A stretch of 64,000 nt of DNA, taken from the NCBI GenBank assembly GCA_951406725.2, contig OX597817.1, positions 117,738,001 to 117,802,000 on the forward strand. Direction: 5' to 3'. The translations under genes and the position numbers were made by a program. The notes beneath the pieces were generated by a model. It did no database searches. It saw only the letters and a program-made list of their open reading frames with translations, and was not told where the DNA came from. The stretch is from Octopus vulgaris. Lineage: Eukaryota. Shown here one piece after another: positions 56,626-64,000 of this stretch (positions within the stretch are counted from its first letter, which is position 1; every line of letters begins with the position of its first letter).

Positions 56626-59475
56626 TTTATCTTATTATTTTGAGAGAAAGAATTAGCATTTACTCGGCAAACGCATTCTGCTTAGAATATTCAAATGGTT
56701 TGATAAACTATAATATAAATTGTATAATACACTCTAACGTAAATACATTTTGCTTCGTTTTGAGATATTCCATGAGTAGAAAATACCACAATTCAGTGAA
56801 AAGATTTAACATTTTCTCCTCAATATTAATTCAGATTTCAACAGAAAAGTAGTGAAATCAAACTTTTTCACATGTATTTAGCTACGATTTTCCCCAACTC
56901 CTCAAGCCCTAATTATCTTTTTCTTTCGATACCCTTCATTCCATTTCCCCTGAGTACCTCACGATCTCTGAAAAGCTTATATCGAATGTCGATGAATATC
57001 CGCATTTCTCATCTTCTCAAAAATGGTATTATATGCCCATCTCTAATTTAGACTGTTTTTCCTCTTTGAGCTTACTCTATATATTATCTTCTGGAGGTGC
57101 AACCTTCCATTACTTCACATGGGTATCTTTTCTCAAGTCATTCTACGAACAAATGGATTTCATCCGTAAGCATTTAAATTTCTTGAAAACATTAACCGGC
57201 ATTGTAAAATCTGTCCTTTAGCTTTTATGAAATTTGGATTCACATAAGTGGGAAGATTTTGCCTGTATTTCCAGCAAGTAGAGTAACCGTGTACACTTTA
57301 CCAATATTCAATAAATGAATTTCTAAATTTCAATATAAGGAAATAAATAATACTATCAAATTATACGATTTCCCTAGTAGAAAATAAACACATTTAGAGA
57401 CATTGCATTGCAGCAATGAGACAAAAGCATAATATTATGGGAAGATTTTGTGGGAAACACGAATGGTTTCATCAGAGTTTTCGAGAGTGAAAACACACTG
57501 TGTAGATATATGAGACAGAGAAAGAAACAGAAACGGTCGTGTTAAAACGGATTGTTCTAAGCGGCAGCACTATCTCTTCTGGAATAAACTTAAACGGGCA
57601 TTAAATGGTCAGGATATAACCCTGATGAAAATAATTATCGAAAGAAGAGGTGAGATTGAATAATTTGGAAGACAAATGTTTAAGGGTAATAAAAGATGGT
57701 ATTCTCATTGGATTTCGGTGACTGGGAGTACTTTTGCACATCATGTGCAAATGAGCGTTGTATGGTCAAAGGCTGGTGAGCCTCGTATGTTAAAAAGAAA
57801 TAGTTTTGGAGTATATATTTCCAGTGCCTTGTGGATGTAAGACTCAAATGAAAAACGTCAGAACAACCAAGGACAATATTTTAAATAATATATTACAGTC
57901 TCATTGTCATACTGAACAGCAAGTTTAACTTCAATAGCATTGAAAATTATGGCAACTCATCCAATAGTGCTTGCTATTTGGGCCGTATTTTACCATTTCC
58001 AATATGCATGAATGCTTAAATTAAAAGAAAAATAGGATCATTATTGGAGATAACAATTTCCTATATGTTCCTGCCAATACAAAATATTCTTTCTTAATTT
58101 TGTGATAGCGAACAATTTCGTGTTCCTTTGTAAAAATACATCATATTGATTTTTGTTTTCTAATTGCTATGATAAATGTAGAGTATCTAAAGAAAGTGAT
58201 ATAATAAAACTTCATTATACTTGATTAAGAAATTGCATGTCTTATTGTTATATAAGGTAGAAAAGAATGCATTGTATTAACAAAGAATCATCTACGTAAT
58301 TACACTACCTGATAAAAGTAATATCCAAATCAATCTCTACTATTTTAATTGTTTACATTTAGAAGAATGAAACAATTGTCATAGATCGGATACCTTTGAT
58401 TATGAGGTCCACTCAATCAGAGTTTGATTGTGACTAAAGGATATATGTAATAGAAACTGTAGATAATCAAATTACTTTACATTATTATATTTCATTTACG
58501 GAACAACATAGTGAATATTACACACACACACACACGCACACACATGAACTGCTTCTGTTGAACTTATTGTTTTGTCCCAATTAATCACTGATCAAAGAAA
58601 CCATTGCACAATGTATAAATATATATGTGTGTGTGTATGTGTATATATACATATTTAAGAGGATTAAGATAGACAGGGGGAGAGCAATAGAAATCAAATT
58701 GTGTTCTGTGAAATTTCGGATTCTCATATACCAAACACTTTTGAAGCGGTGGTATCGATCTTGGAACTACATCATTTCAAATCAAATTTCGTAATCACGA
58801 AACCATGTCGACATTTAATCTAATTGCTATCAATATTACGAAAAAAGCATATCATCCATGTGTAAATTGTTTTATGCTATTTTATTACATACTGCATGAT
58901 TATATGCAGCAATGTGCACATCAGACATATCTGTTGATATACAAAATGTGGTTAGATTTTGAAGATGATTGCGGCAATAATATATATATTATGCTACATA
59001 CTATTATTTCTGCATAGATGCCGTTGATTTTACGGAAAGCAAAATTTAGTGAAATCAATATTAATTCGGAAATGAATTAATTTTTCCTGCCTTCATTTAC
59101 CAATTCAATCACAAGTAATTAGTGCAGTAAATCCTAAAATTCAATATGCGTACAAAGTAATTTTAAATAATTATCTAAACCAATGTACGTTTCTCTTTTA
59201 CGTACTTCCTTTGGTGTCTTCAGTGGATAGGTATGTTTAGACGACTAGGATATTATATTTCATATTTATTCTCAAAAATTTCTGTCAGTTGCTTTGACTC
59301 TTACAATTAGTTCTACCTATTATGGAGCTGAGATCAGAAAGGCTCTCAGAAAGTTTCTATGAACTCAAGTGTTTTCACAAACATTCATATTTTAGCGAAA
59401 ATGTCAATTTTGCCATTAAATGCGATACAAAAACAAAAGGAAATGTCTACATGAAATGTTTAATTAGTCATCTTA

Positions 59476-59529
<54 letters not shown>

Positions 59530-62500
59530 CTGCCTAACTATAAATTAGGCACAGTTAGGATAGATATTTCTGTGAATATAAGAAGGACGGAGATTTTTAT
59601 AATGGTATCACATGTATTTTTAATGTAGTATTTATCAGCAGTGTTTTCTTAACATCGACAATAAAGCTATATGCTTTACATATCTTGCATAAACATAAGC
59701 TTCTGGTCGGAAGTTTAACGATTTTATTTTAGCTTGCTATATATTTGAATTGTGAATAATAACTATTTAAGAAAAATATATTGAATATTATTAAATAGGT
59801 ATAGAGATATATTCTGCGAAATATATATATATATATATATTTTAAGTTGAGAACAGCAGTAGAAAATTAATACATTTTCCCATTACCCACCGTGTTCATA
59901 AAGGTGTTCATGATGAAACCTGCTTAAGTTTTGTTGTTCAGAATAATCAGGCATTCCGTTCAATATATGACCTTCATTTACAGCTTGTTTTGTCACATTT
60001 AAATACTTTCATCCTTTTGAATTATGCTGAATATATTACACGTATGTGTATCTCTTACGAAATATAAACGCTAATTCTAATATCAATGATAAATCTAGTT
60101 GTGATAAGGAAGTTTTATGTCATCCCTTTTTATAGGTTCTCTCTCTTGTATATATCTAAATTTTCATAACTGCGTGTTATTTTACTGTAATTTTCAGTTT
60201 TATAACTGCATTCATAACAAACATTTTTCAATGTATTTTCCTCCTTATCGTTTTACAATATGCTGGAAGCTCAACGATCATTAGCATTATAAAGTTAGAT
60301 TGTTACTTCTAGGCAAAATCTTATGCTCTACAGATGTGAGAAGAAAAGGAAAAGTTTATACAGGTGATAGCATTCTCTTTCCAAACCGAGAGAAAATGTG
60401 GAGAAAATGAAGAATCACATACTTCAAGATCCCAAATATTGACATCTGAAATTAATACATTAATAGTAATGAATATAATAATCGAAATGCTTCGAAAGTG
60501 TGAATGAATGGAACTATAAGAAATAAATTATTAGCTATTAGTTTTACGGCCATGAATGTTAATACCATAATACGCTATACACATTAAACTATTTCCATAT
60601 CTTCTGAGGAAATATATACAGGTAATATGCGCCGAAAGCATTGCAAATCCGTGTTTTCGTTTATATTTACCTTTCTATGAAGAGGCAAATAGAATGATGA
60701 ATGAAGAAACAACGTTTCACTTTGGTGAAGGAATTTCACCTAGTAAAATGTTACTTTATTATAGTTGGTATGAAAGAGTTTTACTAATAATTGTCATATT
60801 TCTATCTCCTCTGTCTTTCTCACTCCAGTCTACACGCTACTTTTCTATTTATAACCCCAAATCCCTTTCATAATCTACCTATTTCAAGCAGTTCTTATAG
60901 CGTACCAATTGACATTTATCTGTTCCAGTCTACATGTCATTCGTCCCTTTCACCTTATTGTATTTTCTGCTGTTTGTCAATTGTTAATTGAATATTTTCT
61001 CAAAAACTTTTCTTTCACCTCATAATATTCTGCATAATATCAGATTCGAACTTTCCCTTAACGTGTTCATTTTTCTAAAATATTTATTCATTTTTTGAGC
61101 GTATATTCAACCTATAGAATTATTACGTGATTTATCACTTATTTTCAGATAAACCAGAACTTTGTTTCTAATCTTCACTTTATTTCATATCAGTAGATTT
61201 ATTTTGCATACTCTATGTTTTCATTTACTTCGGTCTCAATTAATAGTAGTCTGCTCGTTTGTTCAAAAAAGTATTATTTCGCAGATGGCTTTCAGACCTG
61301 CTACAGTAGTTGGCAATGCAGAGAAAGGTCAAATAACATTGCTAATCACGTTTTATAAAAATGAATTAAGATTTACTGCACACAAATATTTTATCAATTC
61401 ATCTTTTAATAATTGCTTTCGTGTTTCAGTTGTTTTTTTCTCGTTCTTTTTTGTTGATATTATATGCAGTGTAATGACAGTCTATTGTTTGAAACATTTG
61501 AAACATTAAGAAATTTGTTTAAATTTATAATCGTAAAATGAAAATAAATAAAATATACCCAAAATCAATATAAAACTATCAATTGTTTCTCAAAAGAAGC
61601 ATTCAGTCTGGTTAAAAGTCAAATGTCGCATTCGAAACAGAATGGCATGAATTAACTATCGAATGTTAACTGAATAAAACGTCGGAATCTACTCTTTGAT
61701 AGGTAATTATCACTGTATTTGTGTAGGTCTAGACAGATACCTCCTCATTGAATACATCACTACTTAGTTGGTTAGTACATGTTTTGTCCATCAGTATACC
61801 ATACAATCTGATTAAATTCACAAAAATAAATATCATCATTGTAAATATGTCAAAGGCTAGAATAATACATTTGTCCTTTATTTCCATTCGCTTTCAAACG
61901 AACAAATATCGAAACAGTCTATAATTATTCTTTCTTTAGATTTTTATAAGATACTGAGAAACTATTATTGTCTGCTGTTTTTCAATGCTTTTTTTACCGA
62001 AACTTTACTATAATTAAAAGGAACATGATGAATGCATTGTCAAATCACAAGTATATGTGACTAGTTACGTTTAATAGATTGGTGTTGGTATATAATGTAG
62101 ACGATAATTGTAGAACACTGGTTCTTAACCGTTTAATTTTTATTAACAGTATTATCATTAACAATATCGTATTTCCAAAATATAGATTTGGAAATAAAGA
62201 ACGCACATAAAATGTAAAACAGCGTTACAGTCTCTGAAAATATGCCAACAAAATATTAAAATATCATAATTGGATATATAACTTTTACGTGTGAAGTATG
62301 ATAGTATTAATTTATGCATAAATACAACTGATTGTAGTCGGACTATATTTTCAAATCGGTAACTTTGAAATATTTTTAGCGATGTTGACTACCTGGACTG
62401 GGTAGTTATTCTTGCTACTGTTACTGTAAACTAAAGGCTTTATGCATGAATAAGGAGTCGGTGAGGGCAGAGTTATTATGATGTTAGGAAAACTGTTCGT

Positions 62501-64000
62501 GAAAATAACTGTCATCTATTGAAAATATGTTTTATATGAAAAAATTTCTCTAAATGTTTATTTTTATATAAGTTGCAAATCTTTATAATTTTAAAAGTAT
62601 GGTAATTTCTAAATTGTATGATTATGTGCTCTGATATATATAAATTATGAATAACGTAAAATATCACATTTACCGCAATGTTGTTTAGATGTGCAGTACC
62701 ATAGAGCTAATTTTCTCATCTATTCAAATTTTAAGGAAACATCACATCATCTAATGAGTTTCAAGTGAAAGATAAAAGGGTAAGTAAACATGCTGCCATA
62801 AATTCTTGCAGAGAAGTCTACAAACTAGCGAGGACAACAATTAGGCTGGTTCTTACAAATTACCAAACTAATGCCAGTATTGAAACTTCTCACATATTCT
62901 ATGTAGTGACACATGTACAGCTAAATATTTTCAAATACCTAGTTTACATTTAAGGATTAGCAATTTTACCAGCATTATAAATGAAACAAACTTTCATAAA
63001 GCATTTATGGTTCCGATATTTTAATGAAAATATTTTTTCCAGGTGTCTCAAAAAGCCATTAGGGTAATGAGTTTGAAATAAATGTGGAAATAGGACATCC
63101 TTATAATGTGTCTCAGTAATTCAGTGTTGCTTTTCTATCGAGAACGCAGAATTCTTACGTATATTGCGAATTCAATATATTTCCATTTATAAATTTAAGA
63201 AATATGAAAATTTGTTTTAATAAATTTGTTAAATATAACGATATTTTGTCCAGCTGATTATTTAATCAAAAAATATAGATATCGATACTCTAAGAAAGTA
63301 ATGAAATTAGAAAACGTTGTTTGCTTAAATTTTAATGAAATAAAACATCATTTATTATACAGTCACATAAATCAAATTTGTTCAATGAAGTTGAAAATTA
63401 TTTTAATAAAAATGAAAAATTGTTCGGAAGCGGTTAGTAACATGAGTTTACAAGACACGGTACTATTTACAATGATTAACTACGGAGACTTTGCTTTGCT
63501 ATAAAAAAATTATGCAAATTAACAAATCAGGTCAATTTTCACAAATAATATAATTACTTCATATTATTTAAAAAGGAAGGAAAATAACAAAAGAAAAAAT
63601 TAAATCAATTTTCTATTTTAATATCATGAACTTTCTCGAAAATTAAATGCTTATTGCCAATAAAACATGCTAAATTTTGATTTGCATTAAAATATGCTGG
63701 ATATTAATTCAACGATATATGCTGGAGGAAAATAAAAGTTGTTTCCAAATGAGATAATAATACATATATGAATTGTAATGTAATAACACTGTGTAATACT
63801 ATGTCGTTGGGTAGAAACTGTTCTAAAATGTATTAAAAATGGTAAAAAATTACTTCATATTTTGCTTTTGTTTCATTTATTCAAATCCCAAAGAATCCTT
63901 CTCAACACATGACTGTGATGCTCCCCCACTACTCCTGTTCATAATCAAAGATATCTATATTGTTAACCACTAGAGCACAAGCATTAGTAGTTAGGATCAA

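Noticed and set aside
57620-57652. CTGATGA..CGAAAG
   Set aside because: No cleavage triplet or stem III; likely chance

Overview
AT-rich, microsatellite-laden eukaryotic DNA, most likely from an octopus or related cephalopod (inferred from the tRNA-derived SINE families and repeat landscape), with one 100-N scaffold gap. No intact protein-coding gene is supportable, and almost all listed ORFs are (TA)n/(CA)n artefacts. The window is a transposon graveyard: a Neptune-like Penelope GIY-YIG fragment, R4/Dong non-LTR fragments (RT and REL), a CR1-like 3' end, five Tc1/mariner-derived copies, a foldback MULE, a Helitron-like element, a solo LTR and many SINEs. The main signal is a dense set of minimal type I hammerhead ribozyme (HHR) motifs from several unrelated families, mostly in foldback mini-elements beside (TA)n tracts. 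At least four loci carry the compensatory U3-A8 core (UUGANAA instead of CUGANGA). The best candidate system is a highly structured, tandem plus inverted ~365-nt HHR monomer at 24008-24952 that resembles a retrozyme or circRNA generator. All structures were read by eye and none has been computed or tested.
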